Of a stretch of 64,000 nucleotides of DNA, positions 23,901 through 37,320 are shown one piece after another. Origin of the DNA: Selaginella moellendorffii. Taxonomy: Eukaryota > Plantae > Lycopodiophyta. The translations under genes and the position numbers were made by a program. The stretch spans positions 3,544,451 through 3,608,450 of the forward strand of contig NW_003314263.1 of assembly GCF_000143415.4 (NCBI RefSeq). The letters run 5' to 3'. A model generated the notes under the pieces. That model worked only from the letters and a program-made list of their open reading frames with translations, had not been told where the DNA came from and did no database searches. Position 1 is the first letter of the stretch, and every line of letters starts with the position of its first letter.

Positions 23901-25800
23901 GAGGATGCGAAACTTGCGGAGAAGAATGCTGAAGCGGCGGCTTTGCAAAGCTATTTGGCCAAGCTTGAACAGTAAACAAAAGACAAGGACGCGTTCATAA
24001 TCGTAGTTGTGATCCCTGTAGGAAGGAGAAGGAATTCCATCAGAACGTGGAAGACGAACATGAACGAGCTGAATGCGCGATTCAAAAGTTGAACGAGATG
24101 CATGCTATCGCTATAGAAGTTGCTCTCCATAACCACCAGGTTGGTCCTGTGTTTTTTTTTATTCTTTGCTTGTTTGTCAGGGATTAGTAATTGTGCAAAT
24201 TCTGCAGATGGAGCGTGACGCTCTTAAAAACGCGTTTGAGGAAACTAAGGTAAATCATTTTCAATTTATACTTTAGAAACACTTAATCTGCATGACAGGC
24301 ACAAGAGATTCGAGTGGCAGCTGAGAAATATCAGAAGCAAATAGAGGAGGCTGAGGCTGAGTTTGAAGAGGAGCGCAGAAGGTTCAGGCGTGAGCAGGAT
24401 GAAACACGAGTTTTAGTTGTTCAGCAACAAAATGCTTTAGTAATGGCTCATCAGCACGCTCTCGAGGTATTTCCTGTTGCTTTTCAGAATTTCCTTGTAT
24501 GTAACGCATTGGAAAAACACAGGCTCAGATGAAAAAGGCAGAGGTTGAGGTGACTCAACTCAAAGAAACTCATGCGAGGGAGATGGCTATTACTGTGTCT
24601 CGGTCCACTGAAAAGGTGGTCTTGGAATCTCTGACCTTGCATGAAGACCACAAGAAGCGGCTAGAACGTCTTTCTGAAGTCCATAGATCAGAGACGCAAA
24701 AACTGAACGAGATCCACGCAAAGGAAACAGAGAAGGTTGGGCTTGCTCTTATTTATATTGTCTTCTTTCTAACTCCTCCAGGCAGACTAAATCCCATAAC
24801 TCTCACTTGATGCACCGTATCACCGAGCTGGAAAACATGATCACTCTTAAGGTTCGCCTCATCACCATCAGTTGAAGGGGCATTTAGTCTCTCACTTTTG
24901 ATTCTTACAGGAGAAAAAACTGAAAGATTTAAGCCATAATAGCCGTGAGATTGAAATAAAGAGCGAATCTGCTTTGAAGGAGTTGAGGCTGAGCCATGAG
25001 AAAGCGTAAGCTTTAATATAGTTAAGCCGCACGTATTCCTTTCTTTGTACTGCCAGCTTCAACTTTCAGCGGTGCAAGTTTTCCAAGGACAAGGAAGCTA
25101 TGGCAAAGCAACTGGAAAAGAAATACCGGACCGAGCTAGACACCTGCAACGCGTTTCATGCACAGCAATACCAAAATCTCCAACAAGATCTCAACCGTAG
25201 CAAGGTAGCTTGTTTCCCTTTTACATTCTTCTGTATCAATCTTGGAATCGCCAGCTTGTGATGAGGCAAAAGCAAGCAGAAATGACAGAGTTACAGCAAC
25301 AGTTTGTGAAGCTGAAGGTAACGTCTCTTTGTGTCCTGTTGACAAGATTTTTAATTTGCTTTTTCCAGAGCTGCAGGAACGATTTGATAACCGAGAGTCG
25401 AAACCAGAAGATGTGGAGAGAATTACATACTTGGAGCAGCTGTACGTGAAGCTTCAAGAGTCGTGCGAAGCTAAGGATCTGGCGTACCAAAGACTTCACG
25501 GTAAGTTTTTTTCTTTGTCACTTCTTTAGACGCATTGGCTGATGGCTTACGCAGGTGAGTCGAAACAAATCAAGATGGAAATGCTAAACCGAGAAGAAAA
25601 CTACAACAAAATCTTCAGGAGCTCCCCAGTGGTCCAGCCGGTAAACTTTACGTTTAGACTCCTCGCTTTTGGTTCGATTCTTTTTTCCCTCTATGTTATG
25701 CTAGACATCGATTGAATTGAAGCCAAGGAGCCCATCGCGATCGGCGCAAGGCTCACGCTCAGCATCTCGTCAAGGCAACCGTGTGGAAATAAAGTTCTAG
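20945..25800 (+). CDS. FAM184A/B-like long coiled-coil protein with many short exons (unit 1, apparently intact)
   Basis: N-terminal KVKSKVGQLTGLL resembles FAM184 MSKKIAQLTKVI. C-terminal ERFDNRESKPEDVERI and MEMLNREENYNKIFRSSP resemble LELVNRETNFNKVF. E/K/Q-rich heptad exons lie between. Not every exon phase was verified. Confidence 0.7.
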
Positions 25801-26704
25801 ATCATTCTAAGTGCCACCTGGTAAATTAAAGCCAGACGTCGGCATTGTTTTCTTCCGATGTTAAATTTATAAAAGTTCGCATGAGAATCAGGAGCATATT
25901 CTTGGATAAGCAACTAAACCGCAAACTCTGCTGACCGCTGTTGACTCGCCTCTTGGACATAATTCAAAGAAGCATTTTGACTTGGAAGAACAGCAAAACT
26001 TTACGAGCGAGTCAAAACAAGCCCTAAACAGAAGTTAGGGCTCTGGATTACGTGGAATTAAACCTATCCCACATGCCGGGGCGTGGCTTGAGGCCACTAA
26101 ACCAGTATATAAGCTAGGGCCAGGTGGATGGGATTTATTGGTGATCATAAAGGCTAATAGCCTAGGTTTGGTTCTTTTAATGCACTTTGGCTTGGCTAGC
26201 CAGCCAAAGTGTTTCAATTGTTGTTTGCATTGTTCCCTCGTCGTTGTCTTGTTGCACGACCGACGCGTTCGTCGTTGCTTGCGTTGTTCCTTCTTGGCTT
26301 TCTTGAGCAAGAGGAGTGTCTACTGTTGGTTGCGTTGTTTCCTCTTGTTTTCTTGCGCCACCGTGTCACCCAGTTTCTCCCTCTTCATGAGCTCCAGGAA
26401 CTTTTCCTTCTCCTCTGGAGTGGAATACTCGAGCGAGCAGTCGCCCACTCCAGGCTGCCATTCACGCTAGGCAAGTAAATTCATTCAAGTGAACTTGCTA
26501 GCGTGCATCAGAATGCTTCGATGTAGAAGCGAATCCTGCTTTTCTTTTTAGTCTTCTATAAAATCCCATTGTGGCTGGACCTAAATTTCGGAAGATTGGG
26601 AGAAGTGGGCGACGCTAGGCATCACTCATTTGGAGGTGGCGCTTATAGAATTTGGTGGGGTGCTGGTGGAGGCTGCGGATCAACACAAAGTCAGCTTGCC
26701 TAAG

Positions 26705-29700
26705 ATGACAACAACGAATGTGGATATCGCTGAAGTTGCTGGTGGTATGTATGTGCCTCATAAGAATCAAATGGCTTAGCTTTTGTTGTGCAGAGCTTGT
26801 AGAACAATCCAGGAAACTAACAAACATAATGAGTAGCTTGCAATCCACACTTTCCAGAATGGAGGGAGCCAAGCAAGATCTAGATTTCGATGGTATCTCG
26901 TCTCTCGAGCTCTTGATCTCTTCTTACAAGTGTATACTTAGCTTTGAAGTGGCTCCTTTTGTGCAGAACAATTTAAAGCGCTCCTTGGTAATCCGGGTGA
27001 CCCTGGCTGCGAGGATAAAGTAAAGGCCATGATAGAAAATGGCTGGGATATCCACAATGTCGTTTTTGACCATGGTGCCACCACTGCACTCCATTGGGCA
27101 AGCGCGAGTGGGAATCTCAGTCTGGTCAAGGCTTTACTTCCCAGAAGCATCAGAGACATCCTCAAAAAGGATGGGCTTGGCAACACTGCACTTCATGCAG
27201 CCGTTATGAGCAACGTTGCAGGGGTTCTTGCGGTATTGCTTGAACAAATCAAGAAGAAGAAGCTAAAAGCTGTGGGCTTGTGCAACAACAAAGGAAAAAC
27301 ACTCTTGCACATAGCAGTTACATTCGTGGATAGAATAAATGTTATCCGTTTGCTAACTTTACTTCCAACGAGCATTGATGACATCGTGAGGCCTGATAAC
27401 GATGGGAATACCCCACTTCATGTAGCTGCTTTTTGTGGTTATCATGGCACGTTCAACTATATGATTGAACGGCTAGGAGCCAACTTTGATGCCGATCAGT
27501 ATGTCAACAACTATGGCAACACACCTCTTCATGTGGCTATGAAAAACGGACGTGACAATATGTGTATTTTGTTGATAAAACTGGGTGCTAGTCTTTACAA
27601 ACTCAACAAAGCTGGCCTTTCACCACTGATGCTGCTGGGAAAGGTGCATCAGCCTCTCCAGGTGAGAATCATGAGGAAAGTCCTCAAGAGAATACTGTCA
27701 ACCGACCTAGCAGGTATTTCTGAAGAGCTTATGCGATTGCTGACAGTTCCTGAGGTTGGGCATCTCTTAGTCTTGCATAACAGCCTTTGTATTGGGAAAC
27801 TAGACCTGGTGAAGCCTCTATTTAGGCACTTCGACGTCGAGCATAATCGTCTTGCCCAGCTACTAGTTGAAAAGGACAGCAGGTTTACAGGGGAGACCTC
27901 TTTGCATGTAGCAGCTTATGGACAGGATGTTGCGGTTCTGAACATGGTGGTGGAGAAGCTGCAGGAAGGTGGGGACCCTTGGGACATAGACTGCACTAAC
28001 AACATGGGGCAGACGCCTTTGCACATTGCATTTGCAGGAGGCAACACTAAAATGGTTGAGCGTTTGCTCGAGCTCAAAGCTGATATAAACAAGACTGACA
28101 ACATGGGCACTGGCATGTTGCACTTTGCTTGTAGAGGTAAAGGTAGGAAGGTTGAGGTTCTTGAGCTCTTGGAGGAGAAGCAAGGGGAGAAGCTGGAAAT
28201 CAACAAGGCAACAAAGACTGGCTTGACCCCGCTGCATTATGCAGCTTGGAATGATAAAGAAGAAGCAGGGAAATGGTTGATAGACAGGAATGCCGATTTG
28301 ACTGCTGAGGATTCTGTTGAAGGACTTATGCCATGGCATTGGGCTGTCATTAGAGGATCTGGAAAGTATACTTGGCTTGTCGACTCTCACTTGGAAAGAA
28401 GTGTAAGATTGTTTAATGGGAATGTGGACTTTGAAAGGTGGCAACAGGTGTTTCATTTAATTGAAGCCCATCGCTCAAATGAGCCAGATTTGGTGTGTCG
28501 GAGAGTATTAAACGGTATTCAGGCGCAGCACAGGAAACTTGAGCCTGGATTATTGGCTTGCATTGCGGCCTTAGGAGGTAACCACACAAATGAAAAGCTT
28601 GCATCACTTCTCATTAAATTCTCATCAGACAATTACATTTTAAAAATAGTCAAGGAATCACGAATATTGGAATGGGCCGCATTCTATGCCAAGAACACAA
28701 CAAGGGGAAGAACACGAGCAAGCGATGTAGAGCCAATGTTCAGGGCCTTGGAGATCTTAAGCCAACTAGATCGTCGTGGCAAAGAGCAGCTAAGTAGATA
28801 TGCTTCTAGCAGCCAGTTTTTGGTGGATGCTTTCAAGATTGGTTTCCTTAGTGCAGATGTGTGGAAATCCGGGTTTGCCACGAGCCTAGCTACAGCAAGC
28901 AGTCGATGGGGGCTTGGCGATCTGATCAAGTCAGTCCTGCTGCCAAGTGCTCGTTGGTCTGACCAGGAATCGAACGAGAATCTAAACAGGGTCCACAGAA
29001 GTAGACATTTGGTCCACATGAGCATCTCTAACTTGGAGGAGGACATCCCTCTGGCTTACTGGTTAACAAGGCTGAAAGTGAAAAACACAGCAGAAAGTAC
29101 TGGCAGTGGAAGATCAAAGCAAGACGAGAACAAGAGCAAAGCTCTTGTAAAGAAAGTTGAAGATCTTTTAGAAAGCAGGAAGATTGGAGGGATGCTGGAG
29201 TACCCAAATGACAAGGGAGCTCACACAGGCAGGACTGCCTTGCATTGGTCCACCATCTTTGAGGAGACCTCTACCACCCTCTCTATCCTCCATACAAGGA
29301 ATTGTAGAGTTGACATATTTGACAACTTTGGAAAGGCACCATATTGGTATGCTCCAAAATCCTGGAAAAACAGCTTTCTGCTCAACAGCCTGAAGTGGGA
29401 GCAGTACCTGGACAACTTGCACAGGGACCGGGAAGTGTTTGTAGATGCCCTCAATGCCATATTGGTGGGGGCAGCTCTGATTGCAAGTGTGACATACAGT
29501 GGATCCCTCAGCCCACCTCTGCAATACTCCCTGAAGCTCATGAACCACGGCCAGCAGGAGGATGACCTCAAGTATGTGGCCATCAACAATCCAGGAGTGA
29601 AAGCATTCTGGATCTTCAACAGCCTCTCCTTCTTCTTTGCAATGGCAAGTGCACTGGCTGGAGTTGCAGGCATCCTCCCACTGCCCCAGGTGTTTGACTT

Positions 29701-30151
29701 GGGTGTCATTGACAGGCTGAGGTGGACACTGCTCCTCGCTGCAAGCCTGCTGGTTGGCTCGATTTGCTTTGTTCTCGTGGCGTTTGCATGTGCAGGCTTT
29801 GCAGTCTTGCCACCTTTGTTCCGCTACAACGTTGTTATGATAGTCACATCGGTGCCGGGGGGATTGCTGTGCATGCTGATGACTTTGCTGTTTATCAAGG
29901 CGCTCTCTCCGCTTCTGTCTTGGGCGTACACATGGTATACTGATGCTCCTGGTCTGAAAGCCCCGAAACAGGAGGGCAGAGTGGAGGAAACTGCGGTGGA
30001 TGTTGTTGACACTGAGGACCAGAATGCCGGCAAGATCTTGAGGTGGGTGCTAGACCCAAGTAAACAACCGGTTTACTCTGGTGTGATCTACCGGAGGATT
30101 CGTGGATACCCGTGGATGGATGGTTTGGAGCGGCTTGGTCAGAGTAGCTGA
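26705..30151 (+). CDS. Ankyrin-repeat transmembrane protein with PGG-type domain (ACD6/ITN1-like), copy 1; exons 26705-26744, 26794-26892, 26967-30151
   Basis: Many GxTxLHxA repeats and a C-terminal ALIASVTYSGSLSPP...FWIFNSLSFFFA...FACAGF TM bundle. Two phase-1 GT-AG introns join upstream exons in frame to the 1040-aa ORF. Confidence 0.9.
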
Positions 30152-30600
30152 GTTGTCTTGTTTGCTCTCGCGGCTTCATCCCCATCTGCTGCTTTTGACC
30201 GCGTTTGATCTTCACAGTACCTGATTTGTAGCACTTGCTATAAGCTCCTGATTGATCACCAGACCGTGCTCTTCTCCGGCTTCTTCGGCCACCAGGTATG
30301 CCTCTCGCAGGAAAACGTATTGCTCGGCTGCCAGCCAAGGTGGTGACGTCCGAGACGAGCGCCCTCTTCTACACGGTAAAGCTCAGGAGCTCCAGGATCC
30401 CGGAGACCCCAGCCGGTGTGTGACACGCCCGCTGGGAGAATTCGTAAGGAACGGTAGCCTCTGGAAGTTCTCGAGCTGCTCGAGCTAGAGCCTTCCGGAT
30501 ATGAGATGACAAAGGCCGCGTCCTTGATTGAGCCACAGCTTTCTTCCGTTCCGTCACAGCCAGTTCTCCGTCCCATGAAACCAGCTCGACGTAGGAATCC

Positions 30601-31373
30601 TCGGAAGAAGGCGACCCGGAATTGTTCAAGACTCTGCAGTTCTTCGCATGGCAATGGCTGTTCTTGGCCTGGGGGCTTTTATGGCTGTTGAAGCACTCAT
30701 CTGTTCCAGAAGAGCTGTGAGACTTGCACGCAGGGAACTCGAGCTTAACTTGAATAAAATCCAGGAATGCATGCAGGTGATATTTGACGTGCACAGCATA
30801 GAATGCAGTGAGTGCTTTAAAGCAACGATACCTGAGGTGAGAAAGAAGGAGCAAACAATCAGAGATGGAGTCGAACGTCTGAGACAACTTACAGCTGAAG
30901 CAAGAGCAGAGCCTGACTTCTGGCACGCACCGTTTCATGACGGTATCTATAGCAAGCTCTGGGAGAGTCAGAGTAGGATAACGGAGCTCTTGAGTTACCT
31001 GAGCCTCGCAACAGTCGACTTCCGGTCAGAAGGCAAACTGTTCACTGGGGGTGTCACTCGCCAACTAAAGATAAGCCAAATTGGCCTCTCAAAAACTTTC
31101 GAGTGCACTTATCAGTCCCTGCGCCAAAAAAGAAGCAAGGCCCAGCATACTGCAGACATAGAGAATCAGTTCGAAGAGTCTAGCATCAAAGACGACGCCG
31201 ACACCTCACCCCCAGAAGAAATCTACGGAGATTTCCAGCTAGTGCATTCGGAAGCCGCGTTGACGATTGGAGCAATCGGCTTTTGCTGCCACGAGCTTCT
31301 AAAACAAGCCACGTATCTCAGAAAGCTGACGCAAGAGCTGCTACTGCAGGAAGAAGAAGAATCGCAAAGTTAG
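30601..31373 (+). pseudogene. 3' fragment of the FUSC/ALMT-like transporter (unit 2)
   Basis: Near-identical to 19004-19776, with the 5' two thirds missing. Confidence 0.9.
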
Positions 31374-31543
31374 AATTGGATATAGCTCTGTAAGCAAAAT
31401 GTAAGCAAGAATGCCTGCAAACCTGCAGGCAAAGCATCTTTGAACTAAAATTTAAAAACTTACACTCTCAAAATCAGCATATAGCGAAGATGCCAGAAAC
31501 TGAGTCTCGTTTAGACGTAAAACTACATAAAATACATAAATCG

Positions 31544-32398
31544 TCAACCTCTTGCAGAGAGCAAGGCTTGTAATTCACCCCTTCTCTTTTCTAGCTCCTG
31601 CAAATCCAGATGAGAGCACAATTCGCAAAATCTACGCAAGAGATACCTCGAGATCTTTAGCAGCCTTCTCGCGCTCTTTTGATTTTTCAATGCGGGAACG
31701 CTTGAATTTTTTAATGCACAAAAGGCCCTGCCAGTTGATGCAAGAAAACCGTGGTAAAACCTCCAAGAAAACGAACAAAAGCATACTCACTCCTACAACG
31801 TAAACTGCACCACATCCCAGGAGCATTCCACTAGCGACTTCCGAAAAGACCACTTGATAAGCACGGTCCTTGTGCTCATCTGATAGGGCCTTTGTCATCA
31901 CTGCTACACTGCAAAACAAAGCTCTCGTTAGCAAAGAAGAGCGAAGAAAGAAATTTTGTAAGAGAAGCTTAGCATGCCTCGTCCAACCCAGTACTCAAGA
32001 ACCTATGCACAAAACGAGCGAGCAATCACATCGAAAGAGCAGAAGAAAAGCGATTCTAGAACTTACACGCCAGAACTTCAAGAAGAATTCCCATTCGGTC
32101 TCGGCCACAGCGACGAAGAGCGCGATCACTACCGCGTAGCAGCGAAGAATCCTTCAAATATCTGTAGAAACGAATGTGAAACATCCATCTAGGCTCGATG
32201 TTGGACGAGAAGAGAAACTTACATCGCGGCCATGCTTGAAGGCTCGCACCACCGAAATCACACTCACCGCAGTGCACAGCAAGGCCGAGATCGCAATATC
32301 CGAAATGCGATCACCAGAGCCTCCGGCCCTCGCGGCTCTCGTCGATCTAGACTGCTTCTGCTGCTCTCGGCGTCGCCCTCGCTAAGAATGGAGCTCAT
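31544..32398 (-). pseudogene. TVP15-like pseudogene (unit 2)
   Basis: Relative to unit 1: a 13-nt deletion in exon 1, a 1-nt deletion in exon 2 and a deleted exon-3 donor. Confidence 0.9.
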
Positions 32399-32516
32399 CG
32401 ATCGATGGATCCGCAAACCCTACTAGCGCCTTCTTTCAAAGAGAAGCGAAATTTCTACCATAGCCATTCTTTTTAGGGTTCTTGGCCAATGTTTTGCTAC
32501 TAACTAACTTGGCGCG

Positions 32517-35500
32517 ATGGCGGGCGCTCTAATCCAGTCGTGGGATGAGATCGAAGGAAAGGTGAAGAGCAAGGTGGGACAGCTAACGGGACTGCTCCAG
32601 CATTTCACCGCTTCTTCCGAGTCGGATTCCGATATTTACTACAAGGTCTGTGCGATCGATCGCCATCTGTGGTTGATTGAATGGATATTTCGGGAGAATG
32701 GGAGATTATTTCGGCTGTTTGGTTGTTTGTAGAGTTTGGCGAGCCAGCATGACACCGAGATTGAGGAGATTCTTCGCGAAACTGTGGGGCGACTCGAGCT
32801 CTTTAGAGATGCAATGCAGTATCGCGTCGAGGGAGATCACATCAAAGCCGCAGCCGAGGTAGAGCCTTTGTTTTCCTCTCTCTTTCTTTTCTTCCTTTTC
32901 GATACATGAAAGTAAGAAAGAAAAAAACGCAGGCTGTGCGACTTGAGGCCGAGAATGAGCTCAATGCTTATAAGAAGGTAAGAACTTCGTTCCTTCCATT
33001 TTTTTTGTTTTAATTCTTTTCTTCTTCTTCAATAGACATCTCAAGAGCGGCAAGAAGCATTGGAAGCGACTCACAACCAAAAGATGGAGCTTGTTGAGGG
33101 GTATGATTTTCACTTTGCAACTAGGAGGAGGAATGCTTACTGGGAATGTGGTGCTCTAGAGCAACAGGAATATGGCTTTAATGAGGGAGACGCTGGATAA
33201 AGCGACTACTGAGCTCCAGACAACGCTAGAAACAATCAGCCGTCTTTCGGATGTGTGTAAGATTCTTTTATCGCTCTCATTTGGCTAAATGCTCGCTTTC
33301 AGGAGCTTGAAAAAGCAAAGCTTTTGCACGAAAAAGAGGTAAGGTTGCTAAGTACGAACGACAACTTCATGCCGGTCTTTGTTTGATTTTCACCGGCCAG
33401 ATTGGAAAGGAACGGATTGAAAGAAAGAGCGAGGCAGAGGCTCTTTTGCAAAAGCACGAGGCTGAACTCCGGGCCCGGATTGAACGTCAAGAGGAAGAGC
33501 AAATGAAGCAAGAGGCTTCACACGAAGACCTGATGGATGTGAGAGCTTAATCACGTGTTTTGGTCCGTATTATGTTCGGTTTGATTATTTTCTCAGCAAC
33601 TTCGAGCTTATTACAAAGAGGAGATCAGTCGGCTGAAGGTAAGCTAGTCAGTTGATTCGATTTGTAAAATTTTATACTTTTGCAGGTAGAGAACGAAGAG
33701 AAGGTGTCTACACTTCAACAAAACTATGATGCATTACAATACGACTTGACTACCGAAGTAAGAATTTAATGATCTGGTCCAGTTTCACCTATCACTGGCT
33801 TTTTGTTTTTCAGAAACTAGCCATTCAGAACAGGTTGACTGTCGTTTAGAAGGAAAGGGAAGCTCTAGCACAAGAGACGGCCATGCTGAAAGGAAGCTTC
33901 AGAGAGGCCAATTCCTTGATTGAGAATGCTCATGCGGAAGCATTCTCATGAAGGTGGTTTTTACTAACTTGCTTTGGTTTCCTACTTTATCGTTCTTACG
34001 CTCTTGTATGATCTTGCCACGTAAAGGATTGCAGACGAGGTCTAGTTTGGAAGACGACATCCAAGTCCTGAAGGAAGACAACAGGCATTTGGTGCTACTC
34101 GTTTTGACGTCCCAATTATTTACATTTACAATTGCTTCATGTTGATCACCATATCAGGAGGAGCGATTGAAAGGTGCCCTTGCAGATATGTACAAGTTGT
34201 CCGAGCATGCAGAGTAAACTCCTGGCTCTGTTTGTCCGGTATAATTTTTTTCTTTCTTCCGAGTGGCCTTCTACAGTGTTGAGAAGAATGCATCTGCGAC
34301 AAGCTTGGCTGAACTGGTAGTACTTCGTTTTTCTAATTTTCGATAAATCTTGTTTTGTTTTGGCAGGAAGATATGATCCGAAGATTAAAGTACGAGTTAG
34401 ATAAGATGACTAGCAGCAGTAAGAAGAAAGAGGACATTATCAGTAATGATAACTGCAAGGTTGGGGATTGCATGGGTTTTATGTTGAAGAAATTTTTTAA
34501 CTAACGTTGATTTTTTCAGATTGAACAACTGCACTCATCCTTAACAAAGACCCAGAGAGAGCTGGACGTTGCATTGGCAGAGGTTTGCTGAAAGTGTTTA
34601 GGTTGTTATTGAACTTTGTCTCAACAGCTCGAGAAAGAACGATATAACATAGCAGTTAAGGACGACGAGATTCAAGAGCTAGATTCTGTGAAGAGAGGAA
34701 TTGGTGAAGAAGCGTCCCAGCTGCGTTCAAGCCTTTCAGAAGTATAATCAACAGTCCAAACTTTATTATTTGATTCGTGTGTTTTAGAAAGAAGACTATA
34801 TTCAACGGCTGGAGGTCAAGCTTAAAATTGGCGTGGCCGAACATGAGTTGAAACTGAAAAACATGGAGGAAGACTTTTCGCGAACGGTAGTACTTTTCTT
34901 CTTTCTTGTTTATTTATATTACTGTTCCTTCTTGTGTTCTACAGAGAGAACTTCGGCGAGAGAAGCACCGGAAGGGATTGCAGTCTAAGCTGAAGGAGCA
35001 ACAACTGAAACACCTGACTCATTTAAATATTTATCAGAAAAGGGTAAGCAAATGAAACATATGTTTTGATATCAATTATAGTGTCAGGTTGATCACCTCG
35101 AGGCTGAAATTGAGACGCTGAAAGTACATGGTGAACATGAGCTTAAGTCTCTAAACTCCCAAGTAACAGATCGTGAAGACAATTTTAAACTGGTACGCTG
35201 AAACTGGTCGACGATTTGAGCTTTATGTTCTGATGTGAAGGTGTGCTTAAATTTCGAACGAAAACTTCAAGAGTCTCAACGAAAGGGTACACAGCTGGAA
35301 GAGTCACTGGAGTTGCTGGCTCAAGAGGTAAGAAGATTGTCTCGTGTTTATTTGATCTGAATCAGTTGGTAGTTTTCAGCTTCGTTCGAGAGAAAGGCAA
35401 AAGGTTGCTGACATCGAATCATTAAACCGAGAAGTTGAGGATGCGAAACTTGCGGAGAAGAATGCCGAAGCGGCGGCTTTGCAAAGCTATTTGGCCAAGC

Positions 35501-37320
35501 TTGAACAGTAAACAAAAGACAAGGACGCGTTCATAGTCGTAGTTGTCATCACTGTAGGAAGGAGAAGGAATTCCATCAGAACGTGGAAGACGAATATGAG
35601 CGAGCTGAATGCGCAATTCAGAAGTTGAACGAGATGCATGCTATCGCTATAGAAGTTGCTCTCCATAACCATCAGGTTGGGCCTGTGTTTTTTTTTTCTT
35701 CTTTGCTTGTTTAGTAATTTTGCAAATTCTGCAGATGGAGCGTGACGCTCTTAAAAACGCGTTTGAGGAAACTAAGGTAAATCATTTTCAATTTATACTC
35801 TAGAAACACTTAATCTGCATGACAGGCACAAGAGATTCGAGTGGCAGCTGAGAAATATCAGAAGCAAATAGAGGAGGCTGAGGCTGAGTTTGAAGAGGAG
35901 CGCAGAAGGTTCAGGCGTGAGCAGGATGAAACACGAGTTGTAGTCGTTCAGCAACAAAATGCTTTAGTAATGGCTCATCAGCACGCTCTTGAGGTATTTC
36001 CTGTTGCTTTTCAGAATTTCCTTGTATGTAACGCATTGGAAAAACACAGGCTCAAATGAAAAAGGCAGAGGTTGAGGTGACTCAACTCAAAGAAACTCAT
36101 GCGAGGGAGATGGCTATTGCTGTGTCTCGGTCCACTGAAAAGGTGGTCTTGGAATCTCTGACCTTGCATGACGACCACAAGAAGCGGCTAGAACGTCTTT
36201 CTGAAGTCCATAGATCAGAGACGCAAAAACTGAACGAGATCCACGCAAAGGAAACAGAGAAGGTTGGCTTGCTCTTATTTATATTGTCTTCTTTCTAACT
36301 CCTCCAGGCAGACTAAATCCCATAACTCTCACTTGATGCACCGTATCACCGATCTGGAAAACATGGTGACTCTTAAGGTTCGGCTCATCACCATCATTTC
36401 GTCTCGCTCACTCTTGATTCTTACAGGAGCAAAAACTGAAAGATTTAAGCGATAACAGGCGTGAGATTGAAATAAAGAGCGAATCTGCTTTGAAGGAGTT
36501 GAGGCTGAGCCATGAGAAAGCGTAAGCTTTAATTTAGTTAAGCCGCACGTATTCCTTTCTTTGTACTGCCAGCTTCAACTTTCAGCGGTGCAAGTTTTCC
36601 AAGGACAAGGAAGCTATGGCAAAGCAACTGGAAAAGAAATACCGGACCGAGCTAGACGCCTGCAACACGTTTCATGCACAGCAATACCAAAATCCCCAAC
36701 AAGATCTCAACCGTAGCAAGGTAGCCTGTTTCGCTTTTACATTCTTCTGTATCAAGAAGACACAAAGAAAAAAACTTACCGTGAAGTCTTTGGTACGCCA
36801 GATCTTTAGCTTCGCACAACTCTTGAAGCTTCACGTACAGCTGCTCCAAGTATGTAATTCTCTCCACATCTTCTGGTTTCGACTCTCGGTTATCAAATCG
36901 TTCCTGCAGCTCTGGAAAAAGCAAAGTAAAAATCTTGTCAACAGGACACACAGAGACGTTACCTTCAGCTTCACAAACTGTTGCTGTAGCTCTGTCATTT
37001 CTGCTTGCTTTTGCCTCATCACAAGCTGGCGATTCCAAGAAAGACGCATTGGCTGATGGCTTACTCGCAGGTGAGTCGAAACAAATCAAGATGGAAATGC
37101 TAAACCGAGAAGAAAACTACAACAAAATCTTCAGGAGCTCCCCAGTGGTCCAGCCGGTAAACTTACCTTACGTTTAGACTCCTCGCTTTTGGTTCGATTT
37201 ATTTTTCCCTCTATGTTATGCTAGACATCGATTGAATTGAAGCCAAGGAGCCCATCGCGATCGGCGCAAGGCTCACGCTCAGCATCTCGTCAAGGCAACC
37301 GTGTAGAAATAAAGTTCTAG
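32517..37320 (+). pseudogene. FAM184-like pseudogene (unit 2)
   Basis: TAC>TAG stop at about 33847, small indels, and inversion of two exons at about 36754-37040. Confidence 0.88.

Noticed and set aside
23971-23973. Apparent in-frame TAA in FAM184-like unit 1
   Set aside because: It lies in a GTAAAC...CTGTAG intron; splicing restores LEQKEKEFHQ.
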